From Haliotis rufescens (taxonomy: Eukaryota): a stretch of DNA of 64,000 bases. The position numbers and the translations under genes were made by a program. This document shows, one piece after another, positions 1 to 14,206 of the stretch (position 1 is its first letter; each line of letters starts with the position of its first letter). Below the pieces are notes generated by a model, which was not told the origin of the DNA, ran no database searches, and saw only the letters and a list, made by a program, of their open reading frames with translations. The stretch spans positions 28,334,001-28,398,000 of the forward strand of contig NW_025964334.1 of assembly GCF_023055435.1 (NCBI RefSeq), in the 5' to 3' direction.

Positions 1-906
1 CCCTGTTGAGTGGTATTCTGGTATGCCGGGCCCTGTTGAATGGTATTCCGGTATGCCGGGTCCTGTTAAGTGGTATTCCAGATGCCGAGCCCTGCCGAGT
101 GGTATTCCGGTATGTAGGGCCCTGTTAAGTGGTATTCCGGATGCTGAGCCCTGTTAAGTGGTATTCCGGATGCCGAGCTCTTTTAAGTGGTATTCCGGTA
201 TGCCGGGCCTTTTTAAGTGGTATTCCGGATACCGAGCCCTGTTAAGTGGTATTCCGGATGCCGGGACCTGTTAAGTGTTATTCCGGAAGCTGAGCCCTGT
301 TAAGTGATATTCTGAATGACGAGCCCTGTTAAGTGGTATTCCGGATGCCGGGTCCTGTTAAGTGGTATTCCAGATGCCGAGCCCTGCCGAGTGGTATTCC
401 GGTATGTAGGGCCCTGTTAAGTGGTATTCCGGATGCTGAGCCCTGTTAAGTGGTATTCCGGATGCCAGGCCCTTTTAAGTGGTATTCCGGTATGTCGAGC
501 CCTGTTAAGTGGTATTCTGGATGTTGGGCCCTTTTAAGTGGTATTCCAGATGCCAGGCCCTGTTAAGTGGTATTCCGGATGCCAGGCCCTTTTAAGTGGT
601 ATTCCGGTATGTCGAGCCCTGTTAAGTGGTATTCTGGATGTTGGGCCCTTTTAAGTGGTATTCCAGATGCCAGGCCCTGTTAAGTGGTATTCCGGTATGC
701 CGAGCCCTGTTAAGTGGTATTCTGGATATCGGGCCCTTTTAAGAGATATTCCAGATACCAGGCCCTGTTAAGTGGTATTCCGGTATGCCGGGCCGTGTTA
801 AGTGGTATTCCAGATGCTAGGCCCTGTTAAGTGGTATTCCGGTATGCCGAGCCCTGTTAAGTGGTATTCCGGATGCCGGGCCCTGTTAAGTGGTATTCCA
901 GATGCC
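1..906. repeat. Minisatellite, 29-30 bp unit (gggccctgttaagtggtattccggatgcc), about 30 copies, runs off the window start
   Basis: Head-to-tail repeats visible directly. Confidence 0.97.
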
Positions 907-1809
907 GCAGACGAGTGCGCTGGGTGCCATACAATGTTTCTGTGGTACTAGGATTCTAATATTTAATTTTGAAATATATTTTTTCTTGCAAATGGTCATG
1001 CATTCTATATGAAAATCACAGTCTCATCTACTCGTAGCACCTGCGTACTCTGAAATGATTCAAAAGTTCTTAAAGTGGATGTCAATACAATGTATGCCGG
1101 ATGCCTTAAGAGAAAGGGTTCGTACACGAAAGATAGCCTCAGTTCAAAAACCTTTGTAGGTGTTGGCGTTGCTCTACAAACATCGTGATACGGTTGTGAT
1201 AACATCACTGACCATGGTGCTAAGGAATGGTACTGCGATTTGTTTTTCTTTGTGAAAACTTTGTCGAGGATGTTAACATTTTCCAAATTAAGTTTTGAGG
1301 GGGTGTCTCAAAACTCAAGGTTGTAAGTGTTTTAATCAAACATTGAACTTTTGAATTGCTCCCCTGTGGCTTACGGATCAATCTTGTGTAATAATGCATG
1401 GCGGAACAGACGGATACTCAGTCAAAGTGATCAAACAATACTTCGTGATGCGCCTGGTGAATGTCGGGATGCTGTTTGAATTAGATCAACATCTGTTGCG
1501 TCGTGACAATATTTTTACAGTGAGTCATGTGAGAATATTTTATTTTGCATAATACTCGTCGCCGAGAGTAAAGACAGGAATTATACAGTGTCCACTTTCA
1601 ATACATTCCACCATAATTACCCATTCCCCACCCTTTATCTCAACAACCTCACCAGAGACCATATAATAGATAATTATATCATATGGTCTCTACGCCAAAC
1701 CAAACATGTTACACCCGTTACGCCAACCATGTCACACCAGCAGAGTCAAACGTCATAACCGCCACGTCACATGCCACACCCGTGACGCCAACCATGTCAC
1801 ATCCATCAC

Positions 1810-2250
1810 ACCAACCACGCTACATCCGCCACGTCGTAACTGGCACCCACGCCACATCCGCCACGTCATAATTGCCAACCACGCCACATCCGCCACGTCA
1901 TAAATGCCAACCACGCTACATCCGCCACGTCATAAATGCCAACCACGCTACATCCGCCACGTCATAAATGCCAACCACGCTACATCCGCCACGTCATAAT
2001 TGCCAACCACGCTACATCCACCACGTCATAATTTCCAACCACGCTACATCCGCCACGTCATAAATGCCAACCACGCTACATCCGCCACGTCATAATTGCC
2101 AACCACGCCACATCCGCCACGTCATAAATGCCAACCACGCTACATCCGCCACGTCATAATTGCCAACCACGCCACATCCGCCACGTCATAAATGCCAACC
2201 ACGCTACATCCGCCACGTTATAAATGCCAACCACGCCACATCCGCCACGC
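1810..2250. repeat. Minisatellite, 32 bp unit (aaatgccaaccacgctacatccgccacgtcat)
   Basis: Tandem units; ORF starts offset by 32 bp (2160/2192/2224); degenerate related sequence on both flanks. Confidence 0.95.
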
Positions 2251-2442
2251 CACACGCCATTACCACCCACCACGCCATTACCGCCACACTTCACACAGAG
2301 TCAAACATCAAATCAAACCAGTCACGCCAACCAAGTCACACGTCATAACAGCCACGTCAAACATGTCCCACGCTCCATAGGTCCCACCAGTCACGCCACC
2401 ACCCCAACCCCCCCCCCCTCCCCCACTGTCTCTCTGGCCCCC

Positions 2443-2508
<66 letters not shown>
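2443..2508. repeat. (CT)n microsatellite; poly-C/(CA)n follows at 2619-2670
   Basis: Direct. Confidence 0.95.
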
Positions 2509-2511
<3 letters not shown>

Positions 2512-2626
2512 AACGCGATCTTTCCTCGTTTGTAAACATCGTCTCAGTGTAGCAACATGTACCTATATTTCTCGAGGTCTAAACATCGAGAGCTAAAACT
2601 CAAATGATTGAAGTCATAACCCCCCC

Positions 2627-2673
<47 letters not shown>

Positions 2674-3498
2674 CATCCCCCAAAACCCCGCCCCCATTAC
2701 CCACACCCATTACCACACACAAATTCGCCCCGCCCCACACTACAACCAGAGTCCCAAGAATGTCGCAGAATCGAAATGGAATGGAACACTGAAGGTCACC
2801 AAAGAAACCGTCTCTATGTATGTCATACTTGGACTGTGTAGTATGAATAACCCACGCACTTTCTTGATTGCAACAATACCCCATTGTCAGAGCAAGCACT
2901 CCGCGGCCTCCCAACAGACTAAACAGAACAGCCTGACAACAATAACACATATTGTTTTTCTTTGAGAAATATTATTTCTGGGGCGGAAAACACGCCCCAC
3001 CTCTCCCGTTCCACATGAACGACCATGCACAGTGGGCCTTCCCTCTTGTCCCTTGAGTCCAGTCTTTCAATCCATGCCTATTGATCCTACAGTCACGGTT
3101 CGACAAACAGCTTCCCTGGATCTCTGACCGAACCTTCACAGCTTCAAGGACTTGGTGTTTTAAACACAAACTGTGAACTTCTTTCTAAAAATGTTATCTT
3201 CCAGGATGTTTGTTAGGTTTCAAAAGTACAGACACTTATGATGCACATATTACAATTCTTACGCAGTCAATGCATTGCCAAGACACACGACACCCTCAGA
3301 TGAGTATCGACTGGTGTCGATACGCCGTGGCTGCATTCATTGTCCCCAACGAAACTATAGACACAGACTGTTCGTATGAATATTCCTTCTTGAATGGATG
3401 GAATTTAAAATAGCCATAGTGATACAACTTCTGAAAAATAACCAATAAGTCGACTACGGTGACCTTGTGACCTTGACTTGACCTTGTCCAAAGTAGGT

Positions 3499-3590
3499 CC
3501 TGCCCACAAAGCGATCTTAGCTCAACGACTGCCGTAACTCCCATAATTAAAGTTACAGCGTTGAGATCGCTTTGTTGAACGGGGCTCAGG
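3499..3590. mobile_element. Short palindromic MITE (cacaaagcgatc...gatcgctttg), possibly PIF/Harbinger-like; relatives at about 36040-36680 (interrupted) and 59597-59702
   Basis: Inverted termini; three similar dispersed copies. Confidence 0.5.
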
Positions 3591-3969
3591 AATGACGACA
3601 AAGTAGGTGGTGTGACATCTGTTTGGTGAGCGCATATATATTCCCTGGGTTGAATGTATGCTTAGCTTCCTGGTGTGTCCTTTCAATTACAGTTTCCTGG
3701 ATTAAAATGACTCACGTCCGACTGCCAGGCTAGTCAGTTATATTTTCCTCGTAAATTGTTTCCGGGTAGGAAAAGCGATTCAGCGTCATCACACCCACAT
3801 CAGTGAAATGATATAAAAAACATTTTCCCCACACATTGATACGAGTGCATGGGTGAGTAAGTATGGTTTTACGCCGCCTTTAGCAATATTCCAGCGGCGG
3901 GTCACATTGATACGAAAGAAAACTAATTTTTGTAGATATAATTGGTATCAAACCCGATGAGCGATAGAA

Positions 3970-4160
3970 GTGAGTGAGTAGGCTGTATTTAACGGCGATT
4001 TTAACATTTACATTATTTTCGTTCAGTCACACTTAATGTCGGAAGAAGGAAGCCCAAAGTGTTGTAGGTTGACTTCAGCGAAACCAACGAGCATATGGTG
4101 CTTTTGACTTATACTCACGTCGGCGGATCTTGGCACAACCTTGGGACGCAACACTGCTCA
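3970..4160 (-). mobile_element. Degenerate SINE family C copy
   Basis: gtgagtgag tail, ggaagcccaaagt and cttgggacgcaac match the family C copy at 26759-27039. Confidence 0.55.
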
Positions 4161-4377
4161 AGACATATTTTCCTCTTTGGACGATTTTTCAGGGGATGTT
4201 TTTTTCTTTAACAATGAACTGCTTTCCAACAAAGTATAGCATTGGTCGAAGTATAAACGAGACAAGGACACACTACTGAATAAAACACAAGCAAAAATAA
4301 AACCTTTCCATATTCATAAGAAATTGCACGATTCACAAACGTACAGTTTTTTCGTAGAAAGGCCATGAGGTCCACAG

Positions 4378-4544
4378 TGCAGTAAACTGTACGGTTATAA
4401 CGAACTCGAGGGGACCACTAATTCTTACCACGTTATAAGCATACATACAGCATATATACAACAAATGGTCAGGACTAAAAAATAAGTTCGTTATATCGTT
4501 CAGTTCTTTATAAGCGTGTTCGTTATAAACGTAGTTCACTGTAC
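4378..4544. mobile_element. Tc1/mariner (pogo/Tigger-type) MITE with cagt...actg termini; second copy at 27908-28085
   Basis: Inverted termini cagtaaac/gttcactg, internal gttataa repeats, two similar copies, TA flanks clear on the second. Confidence 0.7.
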
Positions 4545-4659
4545 ATAAGTTCTACGTATTTTTCAGAGCGCCTGGAAAAAAATAGAATTTATTCACTCTG
4601 TATAGATTTAAACACCTTTTGTAGAAAATAACTAGTCTAAGCAAACTATTTTTATTAGA

Positions 4660-5440
4660 TGTAAACATCAGCTGATCATACACGGACCTTATGACACAAG
4701 TCAAAATAAGGAATTGCATCGGACATCATTTTGGTCACTGTTAAATTTAGAAAGTTCCACCACATGTCTTCCATAAAACCTTTTGTAAATTTCGCTAAGG
4801 CCCTTGATGCTGTAATCCAGATCAAACAACTTTTGAGCAAGGGTCGTACGAAGCTCTTCGAAATCTTCAAAGAAAGAACATGCTTGATTGTATCTCAGGA
4901 GCTGTGCAGTGTAGACACCAACGCTGGAGCCGCTAGTATATTACTTGACGTTAAGGGAAAGCTAACTTTTGGAAAGTTAAAGTCACCCCTCTTGTCATAC
5001 GTCCTCATGTATATCTTTATGCATATACTCGTTTTGTTTGTTTGTTTGTTTGTTTGTTGTTTAACGCCACACTCAGCAATATTCCAGCGATATGACGGCT
5101 GTCTGTCTGGACGAGAAAATCCAGTAATTGACATCATGAGCATCGATCCACGCAATTGGGATACGATGATATGCATCAACCAATTCAGTGAGCCTGACCA
5201 CCCGATCCCGCCTTTTACGACAAGCATGGGTTGCTGAAGACCTATTCTACACCGGATCTTCACGGGTCGCATATCCTAGTATCTAAATATGAAACAAATG
5301 AGGCGGTTTTTTCTGGTCTCCCTTACTTATACTTCAGGTGGGTAATTCAGTGGAAGGTAATTGGGCGATTTGATCATTACTGAACGATGTCAGATTATCG
5401 ATATACCTGAAACTGAAGTTGGTCAATTTATTTAGCAGAT
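4660..5440 (-). mobile_element. Penelope-like element reverse transcriptase remnant, interrupted by a SINE
   Basis: Minus-strand translation gives NFSFRYIDN (decayed YIDD), SYLD, YDKRGDFNFPKVSFPLTSSNILAAPA, QLLRYNQACS and KRFYGRH, which are typical PLE RT and C-terminal motifs; frameshifted. Confidence 0.85.
5032..5268 (-). mobile_element. SINE family A (non-tRNA head GACCCGTGAAGATCC, (caaa)n tail), full length
   Basis: Matches about 16 other copies in the window; imperfect TSD gcatat(a/c)ct. Confidence 0.9.
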
Positions 5441-8400
5441 ATACAGTTGGTGATGTCTCACAGTAAGAGATATACAGTCGGGTGATGTCTCACAGTGACA
5501 GATATAATGTAGGTGATGTCTCACAGTGACAGATATACAGCCAGTGATGTCTCACAGTGACAGATATACAGCCAGTGATGTCTCACAGTGACAGATATAC
5601 AGTCAGTGATGTCTCACAGTGACAGATATACAGCCAGTGATGTCCCACAGTGACTGATATACAGTCAGTGATGTCTCACAATGACAGATATACAGTCAGT
5701 GATGTCTCACAGTGACAGATATACAGCCAGTGATGTATCACAGTAACAGATATACAGCCAGTGATTTCTCACAGTGACAGTTATACAGTCAGTGATGTAT
5801 CACAGTAACAGATATACAGCCAGTGATGTCTCATAGTGACAGATATACAGTCAGTGATGTATCGCAGTAACAGATATACAGTCAGTGATGTCTCACAGTG
5901 ACAGATATACAGTCAGTGATGTATCACAGTAACAGATATACAGCCAGTGATGTCTCACAGTGACAGTTATACAGTCAGTGATGTATCACAGTAACAGATA
6001 TACAGCCAGTGATGTCTCATAGTGACAGATATACAGTCAGTGATGTATCGCAGTAACAGATATACAGTCAGTGATGTCTCACAGTGACAGATATACAGCC
6101 AGTGATGTCTCACAGTGACAGAGATACAGCCAGTGATGTCTCATAGTGACAGATATACAGTCAGTGATGTCTCACAGTGACAGATATACAGCCAGTGATG
6201 TCCCACAGTGACAGAGATACAGTTAGTGATGTCTCACAGTGACAGATATACAGCCAGTGATGTCTCACAGTGACAGATATACAGCCAGTGATGTCCCACA
6301 GTGACAGAGATACAGTTAGTGATGTCTCACAGTGACAGATATACAGCCAGTGATGTCTCACAGTGACAGAGATACAGCCAGTGATGTCTCACAGTGACAG
6401 AGATACAGTCAGTGATGTCTCACAGTGACAGATATACAGCCAGTGATGTCTCACAGTGACAGATATACAGTCAGTGATGTCTCACAGTGACATATATAAT
6501 GTAGGTGATGTCTCACAGTGACAGATATACAGCCAGTGATGTCTCAAGGTGACAGACATACAGTCAGTGATGTCTCACAGTGACAGATATACAGCCAGTG
6601 ATGTCTCACAGTGACAGATATACAGCCAGTGATGTCTCACAGTGACAGATATACAGTCAGTGATGTCTCACAGTAACAGATATACAGCCAGTGATGTCTC
6701 ATAGTGACAGATATACAGCCAGTGATGTCTCACAGTATCAGATATACAGTCAGTGATGACTCACAGTAACAGATATACAGTCAGTGATGTCTCACAGTGA
6801 CAGATATACAGCCAGTGATGTCTCACAGTGACAGATATACAGCCAGTGATGTCTCACAGTGACAGATATACAGCCAGTGATGTCTCACAGTGACAGATAT
6901 ACAGCCAGTGATGTCTCAGAGTGACAGGTATACAGCCAGTGATGTCTCACAGTGACAGATATACAGCCAGTGATGTCTCACAGTAACAGATATACAGTCA
7001 GTGATGTCTCACAGTGACAGGTATACAGTCAGTGATGTCTCACAGTGACAGGTATACAGCCAGTGATGTCTCACGGTGACAGGTATACAGTCAGTGATGT
7101 CTCACAGTGACAGATATACAGTCAGTGATGACTCACAGTAACAGATATACAGTCAGTGATGTCTCACAGTGACAGATATACAGCCAGTGATGTCTCACAG
7201 TGACAGATATACAGCCAGTGATGTCTCACAGTGACAGATATACAGCCAGTGATGTCTCACAGTGACAGATATACAGCCAGTGATGTCTCAGAGTGACAGG
7301 TATACAGCCAGTGATGTCTCACAGTGACAGATATACAGCCAGTGATGTCTCACAGTAACAGATATTCAGCCAGTGATGTCTCACAGTGACAGGTATACAG
7401 TCAGTGATGTCTCACAGTGACAGGTATACAGTCAGTGATATCTCACAGTGACAGGTATACAGCCAGTGATGTCTCATGGTGACAGGTATACAGTCAGTGA
7501 TGTCTCACAGTGACAGATATACAGTCAGTGATGTCTCACAGTGACAGGTATAAAGTCAGTGATGTCTCACAGTGACAGATATACAGCCAGTGATGTCTCA
7601 CAGTGACACATATAATGTAGGTGATGTCTCACAGTGACAGGTATACAGTCAGTGATGTCTCACAGTGACAGGTTTACAGTCAGTGATGTCTCACAGTGAC
7701 AGGTATACAGTCAGTGATGTCTCACAGTGACAGATATACAGTCAGTGATGTCTCACAGTGACAGGTATACAGCCAGTGATGTCTCACAGTGACAGATATA
7801 CAGTCAGTGATGTCTCACAGTGACAGATATAATGTAGGTGATGTCTCACAGTGACAGGTATACAGTCAGTGATGTCTCACAGTGACAGATATACAGCCAA
7901 TGATGTCTCACAGTGACAGATATACAGTCAGTGATGTCTCACAGTGACAGATATAATGTAGGTGATGTCTCACAGTGACAGGTATACAGTCAATGATGTC
8001 TCACAGTGACAGATATACAGTCAGTGATGTCTCACAGTGACAGGTATAAAGTCAGTGATGTCTCACAGTGACAGGTATACAGTCAGTGATGTCTCACAGT
8101 GACAGATATACAGCCAGTGATGTCTCACAGTGACAGATATAATGTAGGTGATGTCTCACAGTGACAGGTATACAGTCAGTGATGTCTCACAGTGACAGGT
8201 ATACAGCCAGTGATGTCTCACAGTGACAGATATACAGTCAGTGATGTCTCACAGTGACAGATATAATGTAGGTGATGTCTCACAGTGACAGGTATACAGT
8301 CAGTGATGTCTCACAGTGACAGATATACAGCCAGTGATGTATCACAGTGACAGATATACAGTCAGTGATGTCTCACAGTGACAGATATAACGTAGGTGAT

Positions 8401-9022
8401 GTCTCACAGTGACACGTATACAGTCAGTGATGTCTCACAGTTACAGATATACAGTCAGTGATGTCTCACAGTGACAGATATACAGCCAGTGATGTCTCAC
8501 AGTGACAGATATACAGTCAGTGATGTCTCACAGTGACAGATATACAGCCAGTGATGTCTCACAGTAACAGATATACAGCCAGTGATGTCTCACATTGACA
8601 GATATACAGTCAGTGATGTCTCATAGTGACAGATATACAGTCAGTGATGTCTCACAGTGACAGATATACAGCCAGTGATCTCTCACAGTGACAGATATAC
8701 AGTCAGTGATGTCTCACAGTGACAGATATACAGCCAGTGATGTCCCACAGTGACAGATATAGAGTCAGTGATGTCTCACAGTGACAGATATACAGTCAGT
8801 GATGTCTCACAATGACATATACAGCCAGTGATGTCTCACAGTGACAGATATAGAGTCAGTGATGTCTCACAGTGACAGATATACAGTCAGTGATGTCTCA
8901 CAGTGACAGATATACAGCCAGTGATGTCTCACAGTGACAGATATACAGCCAGTGATGTCTCACAGTGACAGATATACAGTCAGTGATGTCTCACAATGAC
9001 AGGTATACAGTCAGTGATGTAT
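5440..9022. repeat. Minisatellite, 31 bp unit (gtgatgtctcacagtgacagatatacagcca), over 110 copies
   Basis: Direct tandem units; recurrent aatgtaggt variant. Confidence 0.98.
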
Positions 9023-9894
9023 CATGTTAACAGACGGTCATTCTGAAAAGCAATCAACCGGAAGTATCAGTTTTACATAACCGGAAGTCGTCTCGGTTTT
9101 CTAGCGTGCAGAAGGTTGGCGCCGCTTAACACACCGGAAACATACACATCCGGTAGGACTTGACAGAAGAAGCCGGCCAGGGACGCAAACTCTTTATATG
9201 TCGACTCAATGCCTTTTGAGTTCACGGTTTTGACTGATAGTATACGACACAATTCACAATCCAAAATAATACAATTTTAACAAGGTCGTTTATATCGTCT
9301 TTTCTCATACCCATTTTCTTTCTGTAGTTGCTGTAATGAGTGAGTGAGTGAGTGAGTGGTTTCATGTTGCTTCGGCTAATATACAGCCATATAATTCCTA
9401 CTGTTTGAAAGTCAGACATTGTCTGTCTGCAATTATGGGAATTATATGTAGAAAACACTTACGAACTACGGGAAATAAGGGATAAGCTGTCCCTACGGTA
9501 ACCGAAACGTTAGTATCTCCTTATATTGATATAGACAGCAGCTTAGTCTGTGAAGTACTGGGTCGATGTCACGAACATTCGCTGAGGTAACACGTTCCGC
9601 GACCTCTCCTTACAGAATGTTTGATCCCCTTAAATTTTCCTTTTGATAATATATAATACAATGGAATACGGAGAATCTCTTCATATCAAGCAATTGTGGA
9701 AATCCAGAGTTGCTGAATTATTATAGACCTTTGGGTTTTTGTAGACAGTGTCTTTAGAGATACATTGTGTTCAGACCATTACTGGAGGACACTTTCACCA
9801 GACCACGGAGCATGGTCTTCTTTTAATACTCGTTTAATTCTACATCAGTTGAGAATTACACTAGGGCGGTGGAGTAGCCAGTTGGTAAAAGAGT

Positions 9895-10185
9895 TGAGGC
9901 GAGGTGAGGCGAGGCGAGGTGAGGTGAGGTGAGGTGAGGTGAGGTGAGGTGAAATTGAGTTTAACGTTGTGTTCATGATTATGTCACTTCTAGAGCTACG
10001 GGTGTTACTAACATTGATATCTCGCGCAGACACAGTATACTGACTCTGACCATTAATGGCTGAATGCCAGGCAGGGTAACAAAAAGTAGATTTATTTATG
10101 TTGGTATGACGCTGCCAGGGATTGAACCACCCAACTTCCGCTCTCCGGGCAGACCCTCCCTCCACTACAAGACGGAGGCGGTCTC
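9895..10185 (-). mobile_element. SINE family D (tRNA head, Meta-like body, (cacct)n tail), degenerate
   Basis: Reverse complement matches the copies at 30289 and 38646. Confidence 0.75.
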
Positions 10186-10789
10186 CTCGCGGTTCCCTCA
10201 AACCCATTCCCACAAATTCCTTCGACGTCGAATGTACATGACTTTCTCAAACACGGGGGGATTGACCTTGACTCTGTTCAGTAAGACATTCCGGATAGAT
10301 GATGCTAACATCAACAACCAGCTGAGACACCTGCTATGTTCGGGAACAAACATGCTCTCGGGAGTATTCGGAATTAGGCTGTTGATATTGATATGTGTCT
10401 TCAGGTATGCACTGATGAACACGCCAGGCAGGACATAGAACTCCATCACGTCCTGATCATGTTCCAGACTGCTTTAACTGCCATGCCCACTCGGCCACGA
10501 TAATCCTAGCCCAATCTACCTCTCATTGGATTTCAGTGGCGGATTAGGGGGGCATACAAGGGTGTTCTAGACCCCTTTTGAAAATCACCCCTTAGCAATA
10601 TAGGTACAAGTTGCTACACTGAGACGATGTTTACAAACGAATCTCTCGCAGAGGGCAGAGTGTTACGGGAGAGGAGATGAGGCTGGGGATATGGGGAGGG
10701 GCGTTTTTACCACTAGGCTATCCAACACGCTCAAAATAGTCATACAACTTAACCAACCACCCGATATCCATTATACTTGGGCAATGCTG

Positions 10790-12857
10790 CAAGCATGGGA
10801 AACCGAATGTAGTCGAATATTGCGACAAACATGAGAAACCTAGTAAGGTCGGCTATTGCAAGAAACATGGAAAACCCAATTAGCGGATATTGCAACAGGC
10901 ATAGGGAACCCAATTAAGTCGGATATTGCGACAGACTTGGGAAACCCAATTAAGTCGGACATTGCGACAGGCATGGGAAACCCAATTAAGTCGGATATTG
11001 CAACAGGCATAGGGAACCCAATTTGACCGGATATTGCAACAGGCATAGGGAACCCAATTAAGTCGGATATTACGACAGACATGGGAAACCCAATTAAGTC
11101 GGACATTGCGACAGGCATGGGAAACCCAATTTAGTCGGATATTGCAACAGGCATAAGGAACCCAATTAAGTCGGATATTGCGACAGACATGGGAAACCCA
11201 ATTTAGTCGGACATTGCGACAGGCATGGGAAGGAAACCCAACTTAGTCGGATATTGCGACAGACATGGGAAACCTAAGTCGGAAATTGCGACAGACATGA
11301 GAAACCCAATTTCGTCAGGTATTGCAATTGGCATGGGAAACCACATTTAGTCGGATATGGCGACAGACATGAGAAACCCAATTAAGTCGGATATTGCGAC
11401 AGACATGGGAAACCCAATTTAGTCGGATATTGCAACAGGCATAGGGAACCCAATTAAGTCGGATATTGAGACAGACATGGGAAACCCAATTAAGTCAGAT
11501 ATTGCGACAGACATGAGAAACCCAATTAAGTCGGACACTGCGACAGGCATGGGAAGGAAACCCAACTTAGTCGGATATTGCGACAGGCATGGGAAACCTA
11601 AGTCGGAATTTGCGACAGACATGAGAAACCCAAGTTCGTCAGGTATTGCAATTGGCATGGGAAACCACATTTAGTCGGATATGGCGACAGACATGAGAAA
11701 CCCAATTAAGTCGGATATTGCGACAGACATGGGAAACTCAATCAAGTCAGATATTGCGACAGACATGAGAAACCCAATTAAGTCGGATATTACAAGCACG
11801 GATACATGGGAAACCAAATCAAGTCAGATATTGCGACAGACATGGGAAACCCAATTAAGTCGGATATTACAAGCACGGATACATGGGAAACCAAATCAAG
11901 TCAGATATTGCGACCGACATGAGAAACCCAATTAAGTCGGATATTACAAGCACGGATACATGGGAAACCAAATCAAGTCAGATATTGCGACAGACATGGG
12001 AAACCCAATTAAGTCAGATATTGCGACAGACATGAGAAACCCAATTAAGTCGGATATTGCGACAGACATGGGAAACTCAATCAAGTCAGATATTGCGACA
12101 GACATGAGAAACCCAATTAAGTCGGATATTACAAGCACGGATACATGGGAAACCAAATCAAGTCAGATATTGCGACAGACATGGGAAACCCAATTAAGTC
12201 GGATATTACAAGCACGGATACATGGGAAACCAAATCAAGTCAGATATTGCGACAGACATGGGAAACCCAATTAAGTCGGATATTACAAGCACGGATACAT
12301 GGGAAACCAAATCAAGTCAGATATTGCGACAGACATGGGAAACCCAATTAAGTCGGATATTACAAGCACGGATACATGGGAAACCAAATCAAGTCAGATA
12401 TTGCGACAGACATGGGAAACCCAATTAAGTCGGATATTACAAGCACGGATACATGGGAAACCAAATCAAGTCAGATATTGCGACAGACATGGGAAACCCA
12501 ATTAAGTCGGATATTACAAGCACGGATACATGGGAAACCAAATCAAGTCAGATATTGCGACAGACATGGGAAACCCAATTAAGTCGGATATTACAAGCAC
12601 GGATACATGGGAAACCAAATCAAGTCAGATATTGCGACAGACATGGGAAATCCAATTAAGTCGGATATTACAAGCACGGATACATGGGAAACCCAATTAA
12701 GTCAGATATTGCGACAGACATGGGAAACCCAATTCAGTCAGATATTGCGACAGACATGGGAAACCCAATCAAGTCAGATATTACTAAAAACATGGGAAAC
12801 CCAATTAAGTCAGATATTGCGACAGACATGAGAAACCCAATTAAGTCGGATATTACT
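10790..12857. repeat. Minisatellite, 36 bp unit (gggaaacccaattaagtcggatattgcgacagacat), changing to a 77 bp (36+41) higher-order repeat
   Basis: Tandem units; identical ORFs offset by 77 bp (12145, 12222, 12299...). Confidence 0.97.
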
Positions 12858-12945
12858 GTCTAAAATTATCATCTTATTTGTAAACCGCAAAGATTCATCG
12901 TGTCTTAACCATCGTTGTCAGAGTGGTAACCCCTCCTGGAATGTA

Positions 12946-13105
12946 AGTGAGTGAGTGAGTATGGTTTTACGCCGCTTTTAGCAATATTCCAGCAATATCA
13001 CGGCGGAGGACACCAGAAATGAGCTTCACACATTGTACCCATTTCGAGAATCGAACCCGGGTCTTCTGCGTGACGAGCGAACGCTTTAACCACTAGGCTA
13101 CCCGA
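12946..13105 (-). mobile_element. SINE family B (tRNA-Asp-like head, (ctca)n tail)
   Basis: A box tagcctagtgg and B box ggttcgattc on the minus strand; ggaatgta duplicated on both flanks. Confidence 0.9.
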
Positions 13106-13169
13106 CCCCCCCCCCCCCCCCCCCCCCCCCCCGGAATGTATAAACATACTTATTTAGACCTTTTCTTAC

Positions 13170-13465
13170 GGACGATACTGGCTCCCGACCGTAAAATGCA
13201 TAGAGCTAAAAATACTTTGGGGGGTATACAAGGCACTTCATGGCCTTAGTTACTTACCACTATACAAGAGAGTTGATACGGCACCATCACCCAGTGAGTT
13301 CGCGTAGGGATACTGACAAACAGCTCTTGATAGTTCCTCACTCCAGAATTTGGCCACGGGTGTTTTGCCAAGACCAATCCAATACACTGGAACAGGATTT
13401 CCATCGACATCAAGTGTGCCACAGACATTAATGAATTTACGAGACCGTTAAAACACATCTATTCC
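13170..13465 (+). mobile_element. L2-clade LINE 3' ORF2 fragment
   Basis: YWLP...ELKILWGVYKALHGL...LLIVP...HWNRI...KTHLF motifs, frameshifted. Confidence 0.75.
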
Positions 13466-14206
13466 AATCTGAATACAGAAAGGCACCCGAGGATGAGTCC
13501 ATTCTTGTACAACGCGCTTAACGGTTCCCTAAACACTGACATATACGACACGTCCTGGATGCCAAACCGCGGTAAAATTCAACATGGCAGTACGCTTCGT
13601 TATTTTTCTCTCCGTATTTCCATAAATGGATCGGAACTGTCATGCTGTTGTATGTCATGCATTCCAGCGTGCTATATAAAAAACGAACAAACACAGTGAC
13701 GTACGTACATTACTCTCATATTCGACGATGCACAGCATTATCCACCATGCACTTGTCATCAGGCGATATGAACAATATGAACCGGTTCCGGTTTTATACT
13801 GAGGAATATGGACTCGTACCCCGTTTTCTGTATTTTGTCTCGTGTACATTTCTGTATACGTTTCTGTATGGGGAACCTACCTATCTTTAGTACCCATGAC
13901 GACAACGACCCCTTCAGCTTCACTGGACTCAAGCAGAAGCTCCTTTGAGCGGGGCCCAAAATCCGGCTATTTCTTTTTTTCAACCTCCCGGTAGCGTTAT
14001 TCCCTTCCCACAAAACGCCGGCGTCGAATTTTAAAGAGTCTCAGATTATCTTCATATCACAATTATAATAAGTTTACGGATATATATAATTGTGAAAGGA
14101 AAGTAATAACAGCGCAAAATGCCCTTTAAATAAGCGGAGAAGTGATCGTTCGTCGTCCCTTAAGCAGTTACTGGCACCTGTGTCCGTTGAAGGGTTAGGT
14201 TCTGTA

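Noticed and set aside
1005-1286. Short unique ORFs as host exons (also 3296-3601, 10198-10449 and 45457-45696)
   Set aside because: No recognisable domain or consistent splice chain
10790-12857. CRISPR-like 36-bp repeats (also the 28-32 bp arrays)
   Set aside because: Head-to-tail units with no unique spacers, no cas genes, eukaryotic context
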